Part shown: piece after piece, positions 9,717 to 19,387 of the stretch | How the letters are laid out: each line of letters begins with the position of its first letter | How positions within the stretch are numbered: the first letter of the stretch is position 1 | Assembly: GCA_963812135.1 (NCBI GenBank) | Contig: CAWETU010000001.1 | Location: 1,504,001 to 1,568,000, forward strand | Length of the DNA stretch: 64,000 bases | Direction: 5' to 3' | From: Vulcanimicrobiota bacterium | GTDB taxonomy: Bacteria; Vulcanimicrobiota; Vulcanimicrobiia; Eremiobacterales; Eremiobacteraceae | Program-made: the position numbers and the translations under genes | The notes under the pieces: generated by a model | The model's input: only the letters and a program-made list of their open reading frames with translations | Databases searched by the model: none | Told to the model about the DNA's origin: nothing

Positions 9717-10544
9717 GTGAACGCAGCTTTTCTGCGCGTGCTCGCGTCGCCTGTGCCGGCTACGGCCACGGTCGACGCCGTTTGCGACGCGCTGGGGCCT
9801 TATGCCACGACATTGCAGCCCGTGCTCGATCCAGACATGGATTGTGTTGTCTGGAACGCGGCGCAATGCAGCGACGTCGATGACGCGCTTGAGGCGGTGG
9901 CGGGGCCGTTGCGGAGGTGCGCGCCGGGCAGCATCTTCACATTCGACGTTCAAGGCGGCGACGCGGCGACACCCGACAGCGTGATGCGGCTCGGTGCGGC
10001 CTTGAGCGTATCGCTCGATGCGCCGGTCTACGCCGCCCAACGCGCGGTGCCGGCATCTGAATGGACCGCGCTCGCACCGATCGCCTTGGGCGTGGCCGGA
10101 TTCGATGTCCGCGCGGCGACGCCGACGCACGCGCGCGACGGATCCGCGTTTCGCGGCGCATCGCTTTCGGTCGGCGCGCCGACCGTGCTTTTCAAAGTGC
10201 GCCTCCATGGCGTTCCAGGCGAAGCGCTCGCGCGCATCTGTCACGCCGCCGGCGATTCGCGCGGCGGGCTGTTGCACATCGGCGCCTATCCAGGCATCTC
10301 GGTGCTGTCCGGCGACCCGTTCGTCTTGCTCGAATGCAGCGATGTCGTCAAATCGCCGCTGCACCGCGCATTGGAACTCATCGACATCGAGTGCGCGCGC
10401 TATGGCGGCAGCGTCGGACTCGGCGTGGCGCTGTCGCACATCCCGCTCGCAGCGTTGACCGGGACCTTGGCGAGCCGCATGGGTTTGGACGCGCAGCCGG
10501 CGCAGATCATCGAAACGCGTCTGCGCGAGGCGGAGCCCCGGTGA
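9717..10544 (+). CDS. Divergent glutamate formiminotransferase-like protein (start uncertain, 9696 or 9717)
   Basis: C-terminal KSPLHRALELIDIECARYG..IPLAAL..QIIETRL resembles the formiminotransferase C-subdomain; 4-bp overlap with glmM. Confidence 0.55.
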   Translation: MNAAFLRVLASPVPATATVDAVCDALGPYATTLQPVLDPDMDCVVWNAAQCSDVDDALEAVAGPLRRCAPGSIFTFDVQGGDAATPDSVMRLGAALSVSLDAPVYAAQRAVPASEWTALAPIALGVAGFDVRAATPTHARDGSAFRGASLSVGAPTVLFKVRLHGVPGEALARICHAAGDSRGGLLHIGAYPGISVLSGDPFVLLECSDVVKSPLHRALELIDIECARYGGSVGLGVALSHIPLAALTGTLASRMGLDAQPAQIIETRLREAEPR

Positions 10545-11884
10545 ACGAGCTCTTCGGCACCGATGGCGTGCGCGGCGTCGCGAACGAGTTTTTGACGCCC
10601 GAGCTCGCGTTCGCATTGGGCCGTGCCGGCGGCTACGTCTTGGCGTCACACGGCGCAAAACGGCCGGTACTGGTCGGGCGCGACACGCGTATGTCCGGCC
10701 CCATGCTCGAATCGTCTTTGTGCGCCGGTCTTGCATCGGTCGGACTGGACGTGTGGAAGTTGGGCATCATCCCCACGCCGGGCGTCGCGTATCTCACCAA
10801 GGCGCTGCACGCCGCGGCGGGCGTGATGATCTCGGCTTCCCACAATCCGATCGAAGACAACGGCTTCAAGTTCTTCGCCTCGGACGGCGCCAAGCTGGCC
10901 GACGCGATCGAGGATGAGATCGCCGCGCGCGTCGCAGCACACGTCGCGTTACCCCGACCGACGGGCGACGAAGTCGGTGAGATCATGGAACGGCGCCGCG
11001 TCGTGCGCGCCTACGAACGGCACTGCGTGTCGCTGGGGACATCGCTCGCCGGCACCACCGTCGTGGTCGACGCCGCGTTCGGCGCGGCATACGCCATCGC
11101 ACCGCGCGTGTTCGAAACGCTCGGCGCCACGGTGGTGCCGCTGCACTGCAAGCCGGATGGCCGGCGCATCAACGTGCGCTGCGGGGCGACGCAACTCGAG
11201 CCGCTGCGCGCGGCGGTCGCCGCTCATCCCGGCAGCGTCGGCGTCGCGTTCGACGGCGATGCCGACCGTGCGTTGTTCATCGACGAACGCGGTGGCGTCG
11301 TCACCGGCGATCACATCCTCGCGATCTGGGCCAAGGAACTATCGGCTGCGGGCGCGCTTCCCAAGCGGACGATCGTGGCGACGGTCATGAGCAACATCGG
11401 TTTGGAACGCGCGCTTGCCGAGTCTGGTATCGCGCTCGTGCGCACCGCGGTCGGCGATCGATATGTGATCGAGGCGATGCACCGCGGCGGCTATCGCATC
11501 GGCGGGGAGCAATCGGGCCATATCATCGACCTCGAGGCCAACACGACCGGCGACGGTATCGCGACTGCGGTGAAACTGCTGAGTTTGCGCAAGGCCGCCG
11601 GTTCGCTCGCAGAGCTCGCGGGCATCATGCGCGTGTACCCGCAGGTCTTGCTCAACGTGCGCGTCAGCGATAAGCGCAAGGTGCAAGAAGACGCCGAGGT
11701 GGTGCGCGCCATCGACGCGGCAGTCGCGGCGATGGACGGCTCCGGCCGCGTGCTGGTGCGTCCTTCAGGCACCGAGCCGCTGGTCCGGATCATGGTCGAA
11801 GGCCCAGACGAGACGCAGATACGGCGCGTGGCCGAGGCGGTCGCCGCAACCGTCCAAACCGTCTCGTCCCGCATTGAGACCTAG
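10541..11884 (+). CDS. glmM: Phosphoglucosamine mutase
   Basis: FGTDGVRG, MISASHNP, FDGDADR, GGEQSGH, RPSGTEP. Confidence 0.96.
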   Translation: MNELFGTDGVRGVANEFLTPELAFALGRAGGYVLASHGAKRPVLVGRDTRMSGPMLESSLCAGLASVGLDVWKLGIIPTPGVAYLTKALHAAAGVMISASHNPIEDNGFKFFASDGAKLADAIEDEIAARVAAHVALPRPTGDEVGEIMERRRVVRAYERHCVSLGTSLAGTTVVVDAAFGAAYAIAPRVFETLGATVVPLHCKPDGRRINVRCGATQLEPLRAAVAAHPGSVGVAFDGDADRALFIDERGGVVTGDHILAIWAKELSAAGALPKRTIVATVMSNIGLERALAESGIALVRTAVGDRYVIEAMHRGGYRIGGEQSGHIIDLEANTTGDGIATAVKLLSLRKAAGSLAELAGIMRVYPQVLLNVRVSDKRKVQEDAEVVRAIDAAVAAMDGSGRVLVRPSGTEPLVRIMVEGPDETQIRRVAEAVAATVQTVSSRIET

Positions 11885-11889
11885 GTCAC

Positions 11890-12020
11890 AGCTGGAAGGG
11901 AGGGCTGCCAACCCACGGCACGAAGCTGCGGGCTAGGCAAGACGCGACGCGATAAGACGCGGCGTCCTGCGGTGATTAGGACCCCTTCGAACCACGCTGC
12001 CGCCTCGCATCAGAGCCGGC
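11890..12020 (-). ncRNA. Candidate structured non-coding RNA (rod with central bubble, 6S-like)
   Basis: Hand-folded minus strand: inner stem GCAGGACGC/GCGUCUUGC and outer stem GUGGUUCGAAG/CUUCGUGCCGU with G-U pairs, separated by an unpaired bubble. Confidence 0.35.
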
Positions 12021-12054
12021 CTCACAACTTTACCCAGCGTCACTGAGGGTTGCC

Positions 12055-12864
12055 ATGCGCCGCAGCTTTGCTGTTACGTTCTTCCTAAGTTTGTTGCTTT
12101 CGGTCGCGCCCGCCGCGGCCGACTCGATCACCCACACCGTCGTGGCCGGCGATTCGCTTTCCACCATCGCCGAGCGCTTCGGCGTCTCGGTCAGCGCGCT
12201 CGAAGCGCGCAACCACCTCACCGACGCAAGCGTGCTCCAATTGGGGCAGCAGATCGTCGTGCCGGTCCACGTCCACCACCCCGCGACGGCCATGCATCCC
12301 GCGCCGGCCGCGATTCCCTCGCTGCAGATGAGCGTCGCGTTGCACGCGGTCCACACAGGCACGAGCCGTTCGCACTCGTCCAGCCAATCGACCGCCCGCA
12401 TCGCCGCCTCGCGCGCCCTTTGGGCCGCGACGCACGTCGGTTCGGTGCCGCCGGACTTCCCGGGCATGCAGCCCTTCGAGCTGGCGCAACACGTGCTCAC
12501 GCTCGACGCGCAGATCACCCGGACAGCGCTGCGTTATCTCGGCGTCCCCTACATGTGGGGCGGCACGAGCTTTAACGGCGTCGACTGCTCGGGATTCGTC
12601 CAATCCGTGTTCGCCAAGAACGGCATCTCGCTGCCGCGCATGGCCGACGAGCAGTTCAGCGTCGGGCACCGCATCGCGGCGAAACTGCTGATGCCGGGCG
12701 ACCTGGTGTTTTTCGAGACCTATACGAGCGGCGCATCGCACGTCGGGATCTATCTCGGCGGCGGTAAGTTCATCCACGCATCGATGCGCGGCGTCGTCAT
12801 CGATGCGCTCAGCATGGATTATTACGCGAGCCGCTATATCGGCGCGCGCCGCCTCGTCCAATAA
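12055..12864 (+). CDS. Secreted LysM plus NlpC/P60 peptidoglycan endopeptidase
   Basis: Signal peptide; HTVVAGDSLSTIAERFGVS (LysM); YLGVPYMWGG..DCSG..PGDLVFF..SHVGIY (NlpC/P60). Confidence 0.92.
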   Translation: MRRSFAVTFFLSLLLSVAPAAADSITHTVVAGDSLSTIAERFGVSVSALEARNHLTDASVLQLGQQIVVPVHVHHPATAMHPAPAAIPSLQMSVALHAVHTGTSRSHSSSQSTARIAASRALWAATHVGSVPPDFPGMQPFELAQHVLTLDAQITRTALRYLGVPYMWGGTSFNGVDCSGFVQSVFAKNGISLPRMADEQFSVGHRIAAKLLMPGDLVFFETYTSGASHVGIYLGGGKFIHASMRGVVIDALSMDYYASRYIGARRLVQ

Positions 12865-12929
12865 CCCTCGTCCCCATCCGTATCCGCCGGGACTAATCAG
12901 ATCCGCGTCGAAAGCGGTTCCGCGCGCGT

Positions 12930-13002
12930 TGGGGCGTCGCCAAGTTGGTAAGGCACCAGCCTTTGGAGCTGGCATTCGAAGGTTCGAGTCCTTCCGCCCC
13001 AG
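12930..13002 (+). tRNA. tRNA-Gln (anticodon TTG)
   Basis: TGGGGCG acceptor stem, D-loop TTGGTAAG, anticodon arm CCAGC-CTTTGGA-GCTGG, T-arm GGTTCGAGTCC; followed by TCA, so CCA is not encoded. Confidence 0.96.
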
Positions 13003-13040
13003 TCATCCGGTCCGGCTAGCTCAGCCGTATCCTTAGAACA

Positions 13041-13625
13041 GTGGATAGTGTGACCGCGCAGAACGTGACGGACGATCAGGTCATGGCGGCGCTGGCGCAA
13101 GCGGACCTGCATGCGCTGGACGCGCTGTATGACCGCTACGCCAAGCCCGCATATGCGCTTGCGTATCGCATCGTGGGCGAACGCGGCGCGGCAGAGGACG
13201 TGGTCCAAGAGTCGTTCCTCTCGGCCTGGCGCCAGGCCAAGTCGTATCGCCGCGAGCGTGGCAGCCCGCGGACGTGGCTCATGTCGATCGTGCACCATCG
13301 CGCGATCGACCGGTTGCGCGCGAGCGCGGCGGGCCGCGTCGCGATGTCGCTCGATGAAGTGCCCGATGGGCCGGCCGAGGCTCCCGGTGTGTGGCAGCAG
13401 GTCTGGGCGAGTCTGCGCGGCGACGCGGTGCGCCACGCGCTCGACCGCCTGCCGCCCGAACAGAAGAAGAGCATCGAGCTTGCCTATTTTTCCGGCTACA
13501 CGCAGAGCGAGATCGCAGAACTCATGGGCGTGCCGCTCGGCACGGTCAAAGGCCGTATGCGCATGGGTCTCATGAAGCTGAAGAGCGCGCTTGAAGCGCC
13601 CGAGCTGGGGCTGTCCGGCGCATGA
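13041..13625 (+). CDS. ECF sigma factor, SigK-like
   Basis: AEDVVQESFLSAW, TWLMSIVHHRAIDRLR, LAYFSGYTQSEIAE..PLGTVKGR. Confidence 0.9.
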   Translation: MDSVTAQNVTDDQVMAALAQADLHALDALYDRYAKPAYALAYRIVGERGAAEDVVQESFLSAWRQAKSYRRERGSPRTWLMSIVHHRAIDRLRASAAGRVAMSLDEVPDGPAEAPGVWQQVWASLRGDAVRHALDRLPPEQKKSIELAYFSGYTQSEIAELMGVPLGTVKGRMRMGLMKLKSALEAPELGLSGA

Positions 13626-14450
13626 GCGACATGCACATCACCGACCTGTCCGCCGGTTACGCGCTCGGCGCGCTTGCGCCCGGCGAGCGCGCGGCCGTCG
13701 ACGCGCACATCGCCGGCTGCGCGGACTGCCGCGCCGATGTCGGCGAGCTGCTGGGCGTGGCGGGAATGCTTCCGCTCGCGTGCGAGCAGACGCCGGCGCC
13801 CGCTGGCCTCAAGGCGCGGATCCTCGACGCGGCGTCGGTTGACGTGCGCGCGCAACAGAACATCGCCCGCCGCGGGGCAGAAGCGCCGCGGCCGTCCGTC
13901 GTGCCGCGCGCAAGCGGACATATTCCAGCGATGTGGGGCTGGTTTGCCAGGAGCTGCGGCGGCTGCCGCGATCGTGTTGGGTGGGTTCGCAGCCCACGAA
14001 TCCGGCGAGCGCGTGGCGATGCAGCAGCAACGCGATTCGCTGTCGGTCGACCTCGCGCAGGCGCGCCGCTTAGGAGCGATCGCACAGCAGCAGGCCGACG
14101 CGGGCCATGCGGTGATGGCGGCGTTGGCGAGCGGCACGTATTGGACGGCGCCTGCGCATCAGGACCGCAGCGGCCGGATGTGGCGGCTCTCGGTGCTCCA
14201 GCCTCCCACGCGCGGCCACAACGGCATGCTGCTCGCGAGCGTGCCCGAGCCGCCGCGCGGCATGGCGTATCAGATCTGGGTGAAGCGCAACGGCACGCCG
14301 CACAAGGCCGGGATGGTGATGCACGGCGGCATGACGATGATGGACATGCCGATGCCGCTGCGCAAGGGCGACATGGTGGCGTTCAGCGTCGAGCCGATGT
14401 CCGGCAGCGCCGCGCCGACATCGCCGTACGTGATGGCGATCATCCTCTAG
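13622..14450 (+). CDS. Zinc-binding anti-sigma factor, RskA-like; apparent +1 frameshift near 13948
   Basis: YALGAL..HIAGCADC (ZAS motif); TM AAAAAIVLGG; C-terminal YQIW..FSVEPMSGSAAPT in the shifted frame. Confidence 0.85.
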
Positions 14451-14454
14451 CGCG

Positions 14455-15594
14455 TCAGCGCTTGTCGATCGGCACGTATTCGACGCCGCGCGGGCCGACG
14501 TAGTTAGCTCGCGGGCGGATCAGCTTGTTGTCGGCGTATTGCTCGAGCACGTGCGCGCACCAGCCGGCGACGCGGCTCACCGCGAAGATCGGCGTGAAAT
14601 ACTCGGTCGGGAACCCGAGCGTGTAATAGACCGACGCGCTGTACAGGTCGACGTTCGGATAAAGCTGTTTGCGCTCCCAAACCGCCTGCTCCAAACGCTC
14701 GGTGAGGTCGACCCAACGCGTGCTGCCGGCGCGCTGACCGACTTCCTTGGCGATGGCTTTGAGCTCGGTCGCGCGCGGGTCGTACGCCTTGTAGACCGCG
14801 TGCCCGAAGCCCATGATCTTGTCGTGTTTGGCCAGTTTGCCGTCGAGCCACTCGTTGACCCGCTCGGGCTTGTCGATCTCGAGCAAATTCTTGATGACGC
14901 CTTCGTTGGCGCCGCCGTGCAGCGGGCCTTTGAGCGTGCCGATCGCCGACGTGATCGCGCTGTACATGTCGGACAGCGTCGCCGCCGTGACGATCGCCGC
15001 GAACGTCGAAGCGTTCATGCCGTGATCGGCGTGGAGGATGAGCGCGACGTCGAGGACGCGCGCGGCGTCGGGCTCGGGCTCCTTGCCGAAGAACATATAA
15101 AGGAAGTTCGCCGCATGATCGAGGTCGGGACGCGGCTCGACGAGCGCCTCGCCTCGGCTCAGGTTGTGGTAGGCGGCGAGGATGGTCGGAAAGATCGCGG
15201 TGAGCGTGATCGCCTTTTCCAGGCTCTCTTCGGCCGAGACGTCGTTGACGCGTGCGTCGAACAGGCCGAGCGCAGAGACCGCGGTGCGCAAGACGTCCAT
15301 CGGCGCGGCTGTGGCGGGCAGGTCCTTGAGGAGCATTACGAGCTGCGGCGGAAGCGCGCGGCGCTGCGAGAGCTTGACGCGCAGGCGGTCGAGTTGCGCG
15401 CGCGTCGGCAAGCCGCCGAACCAGAGCAAATAGCAGACCTCTTCGAACGTCGACCGGCGCGCGAGGTCGTGGATATCGAGACCGCGATAGATGAGCGCGC
15501 CTTCGTCGCCGTTGATGGACGAAAGACTCGTGTTGCCGACGACCGCGCCACGCAGGCCGGCTTCGGCAGGTGCAGGTGAAGGTGTGGAGATCAT
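14455..15594 (-). CDS. Citrate synthase (type I / methylcitrate synthase family)
   Basis: LIYRG, HADHGMNASTF, GPLHGGAN, GFGHAVY, PNVDLY, RPRANYVG. Confidence 0.93.
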   Translation of the reverse strand: MISTPSPAPAEAGLRGAVVGNTSLSSINGDEGALIYRGLDIHDLARRSTFEEVCYLLWFGGLPTRAQLDRLRVKLSQRRALPPQLVMLLKDLPATAAPMDVLRTAVSALGLFDARVNDVSAEESLEKAITLTAIFPTILAAYHNLSRGEALVEPRPDLDHAANFLYMFFGKEPEPDAARVLDVALILHADHGMNASTFAAIVTAATLSDMYSAITSAIGTLKGPLHGGANEGVIKNLLEIDKPERVNEWLDGKLAKHDKIMGFGHAVYKAYDPRATELKAIAKEVGQRAGSTRWVDLTERLEQAVWERKQLYPNVDLYSASVYYTLGFPTEYFTPIFAVSRVAGWCAHVLEQYADNKLIRPRANYVGPRGVEYVPIDKR

Positions 15595-15596
15595 AG

Positions 15597-16628
<1,032 letters not shown>

Positions 16629-16717
16629 TTCGCCTGGCGGAAGACGCCGATACTATAATGAGAGCCTGAGAACGCTCAGGTGTGATCGGGAGTACAGGCT
16701 CGCGATCCAGGGGGACG

Positions 16718-18898
16718 ATGGCGGCAACGCGCGGACAAGCCGGTTCAAAGACGCGGGAGATTCCCGAGGTTGCGCGACCGCTTTTGCCCGAGCTCCCAAA
16801 AGCGACCCGGCGTTTCAAGCGCCGGCGGCTGCGCTGTTCCGTCACGGTCAAGACCGACGACGGCAAGGTCGCGACGGGCGAAGCCGTCGATGTCAGCGGC
16901 GGCGGACTTCGGCTTGACTCCCACAACGATTTAGCGGTCGGCGACCGCGGCACCGCACAGATCCGCATCGGCGGATCCGAGACGCTGCGCGTGCCGATCG
17001 AAGTCGCTTGGCGCAATCAGGTCGACAAAGGCGAATTCGTCTACGGTCTGACCTTCACCGAGATCAATCCGACGGATCGCTTCGCGCTGCTCGAAGCGAT
17101 CTACGCGCCGCAGCACGGCTCGACGGGCTTCGTCGACGCGCAGGCCGGGCCGGAAGAAGAAGTGCAAAAGGCTGGCTCCGAGCCGACGACGCCGGCCCAC
17201 TACGCGTACTACATGCGTCTGGTACGGCGCATGGAGCAAGTCAAGAAGATCGACCCCGCCGATTCGGACCGCATCCTGTATGCGCGTCTCATGCAGGGCC
17301 GGTCGATCCGCGACGTGCTCACCGATCTTGAGATCGTCGAACGCGGCGGCGTCGAAGAATTTCTCAGCGAGCTCTACAACGTGCCGTTCATCGACCTGGT
17401 GCGTCATCGCCCAGAAGGCAACGATCTCGATACGGTCCCCGAAAATCTCGCCGTCAACCATTCGGTGGTGCCGGTATCGCGCACGGATGATGCGCTCATC
17501 GTCGCGATGGCCGATCCGAGCGACCTGCTCACCATCGACATGCTGCGCAACCGCGCCAAGATGCCGGTCGAGCTGCGCTTCGCGCTGCTCGAAGACATCG
17601 CGACCGCGGTCGACAACATCTACCACGGCGCCTCGCTGCACTCGGTGGACAAGCTGCTCGAGTCCATGCCGGGTTCGACCGAAACGTTCGGCGCCGGCAC
17701 CGAGGTCGAAGACCTCGAGACGCTGCGCAAGATCTCCGACACCGCGCCGATCATCACGCTGGTCGAGTCGCTGCTGCGCACTTCGGTCGAAGACCGGGCG
17801 AGCGACATCCACCTCGAACCGTACGCGGACAAGATCGCAGTGCGCTTCCGCCTTGACGGCGTGCTGCGCGAGCTGCGCACGCTGCCCAAGAACGTCTATG
17901 CGGCGGTCGTCTCGCGCATCAAGATCATGTCGCGCATGGATATCACCGTGCGCCACGTGCCGCAGGACGGCGGCATGTCGATGCGTTACAAGCGCAAGGA
18001 TTTCGATTTGCGCATCTCGTCGCTGCCGACGCTCTATGGCGAGAAGATCGTCATCCGGCTGCTCGAGAAAAATCCGGTCTTCAAGTCGCTCAAGGCGATC
18101 GGATTCTCCGAGCGCAACTACGAGCTCTTCGCGCCGTTGATCAAGCGGCCGTACGGGATGATCCTGTGCTGCGGCCCGACCGGCTCGGGCAAGTCGACGA
18201 CGCTGTTCGCATGCCTTCAAGAGATCAACGACGGCACGACCAACATCACGACCATCGAGGACCCGGTCGAGTATCGCGTTTCGGGCGTCAATCAGGTCGA
18301 GGTCAGCGCGAAGCGCGGACTCACCTTCGCCTCAGTGCTGCGCTCCTTGCTGCGCCAGGACCCTGACATCATCTACGTCGGTGAGATCCGCGACCGCGAA
18401 ACCGCGGACCTCGGCGTGCGGGCCGCGCTCACGGGCCACTTGCTGCTCTCAACCTTGCACACCAACACCGCCATTCAGTCGATCGCGCGTCTGGTGGACA
18501 TCGGCGTCGATCCGGCGATGATCGGCTCGTCCTTGCTGGGCTGCGTCGGCCAGCGGCTGATGCGCCGCATCTGCGACCAGTGCGCCGAAGATTACGAAGT
18601 GCCGCTCGAGGAGCAGATGGTGCTCCAAGAGCTCGTGCCGGTCGCGACACCCAAGACGCTGCGGCGCGGTCGCGGCTGCGAGAAATGCCACGACTCGGGT
18701 TATTATGGCCGGCTCGGCGTGCACGAAGTGGTCGCCGTGGATGAAGGTCTGCGCCGCTTGATCGCGCGCGGCGCCGATTCGACGCAGCTGCTCGATTACG
18801 TCACGTCGCGCGGCTTCACCGACTTGCGCGACGATGCGCTCGGCCGGATGCTGTCGGGCGAGACCACGCTGCGCGAAGTCCTGCGCGTCACCGCCTAA
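16718..18898 (+). CDS. PilB/GspE-family assembly ATPase with an N-terminal PilZ domain
   Basis: RRFKR and DVSGGG PilZ motifs; ASDIHLEP, GPTGSGKST, TIEDPVE, LRQDPD, TGHLLLSTLH, and a tetracysteine motif. Confidence 0.9.
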   Translation: MAATRGQAGSKTREIPEVARPLLPELPKATRRFKRRRLRCSVTVKTDDGKVATGEAVDVSGGGLRLDSHNDLAVGDRGTAQIRIGGSETLRVPIEVAWRNQVDKGEFVYGLTFTEINPTDRFALLEAIYAPQHGSTGFVDAQAGPEEEVQKAGSEPTTPAHYAYYMRLVRRMEQVKKIDPADSDRILYARLMQGRSIRDVLTDLEIVERGGVEEFLSELYNVPFIDLVRHRPEGNDLDTVPENLAVNHSVVPVSRTDDALIVAMADPSDLLTIDMLRNRAKMPVELRFALLEDIATAVDNIYHGASLHSVDKLLESMPGSTETFGAGTEVEDLETLRKISDTAPIITLVESLLRTSVEDRASDIHLEPYADKIAVRFRLDGVLRELRTLPKNVYAAVVSRIKIMSRMDITVRHVPQDGGMSMRYKRKDFDLRISSLPTLYGEKIVIRLLEKNPVFKSLKAIGFSERNYELFAPLIKRPYGMILCCGPTGSGKSTTLFACLQEINDGTTNITTIEDPVEYRVSGVNQVEVSAKRGLTFASVLRSLLRQDPDIIYVGEIRDRETADLGVRAALTGHLLLSTLHTNTAIQSIARLVDIGVDPAMIGSSLLGCVGQRLMRRICDQCAEDYEVPLEEQMVLQELVPVATPKTLRRGRGCEKCHDSGYYGRLGVHEVVAVDEGLRRLIARGADSTQLLDYVTSRGFTDLRDDALGRMLSGETTLREVLRVTA

Positions 18899-18913
18899 AC
18901 CGCTTTAGCCCAA

Positions 18914-19372
18914 CTACTCCGCGACGTCCCTCGCCAGCTCTGCGAAGATGGCCAGTTCGATGTCGCTGCGATGTCCCTTGTTATCCGCGTACGTGTAACG
19001 CGGTCCTTGGAAGCGGACGCTGGTGACGGTGTGGTCGCGGATGTTATCAACCGCGATGTGGACCATGGCGCACGGGAACGCGACCGTCGCGAGGCGCTCC
19101 TTGACGATCGTCGCGGTGCCGCGCACCGCCAGGATCAGGTCGTCGGCGAGCACCTCGAAGCCCACTCGGGCCCGGCCGTTGGAGATGTTCGCATAGGCCG
19201 TGCTGCGCGTGTCCATCGCGAGCGCGATGATGTTCTCGTCCTTAGCGACGATCCAGCTATTCAGGGCTGTCGAGGGCGTGCCGTCTTCGCCGCACGTCGC
19301 GAGGACGACGGACGTACCGCCGTTGAGGGCGCCTCGAAGAAGGGTGTGGAGGTGCGGTTCGTCGCGGACCAT
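18914..19372 (-). CDS. Pyridoxamine 5'-phosphate oxidase-like FMN-binding split-barrel protein
   Basis: VVLATCGEDGTP..NSW..STAYANI pattern. Confidence 0.7.
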   Translation of the reverse strand: MVRDEPHLHTLLRGALNGGTSVVLATCGEDGTPSTALNSWIVAKDENIIALAMDTRSTAYANISNGRARVGFEVLADDLILAVRGTATIVKERLATVAFPCAMVHIAVDNIRDHTVTSVRFQGPRYTYADNKGHRSDIELAIFAELARDVAE

Positions 19373-19387
19373 GCAGCCCGTTTAGAC

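Noticed and set aside
11885..12054. c-di-AMP or c-di-GMP riboswitch upstream of the cell-wall hydrolase
   Set aside because: Core consensus blocks (GCUGAAUC/CAGCUAAC, GGCAAA/GACGCAAAGC, GUGCAACCG) were not found; kept only as an unassigned RNA candidate
12930..13005. tRNA-Gln as an integration site, or defective because of its TCA end
   Set aside because: No duplicated 3' tRNA fragment or adjacent integrase seen; a non-encoded CCA is common
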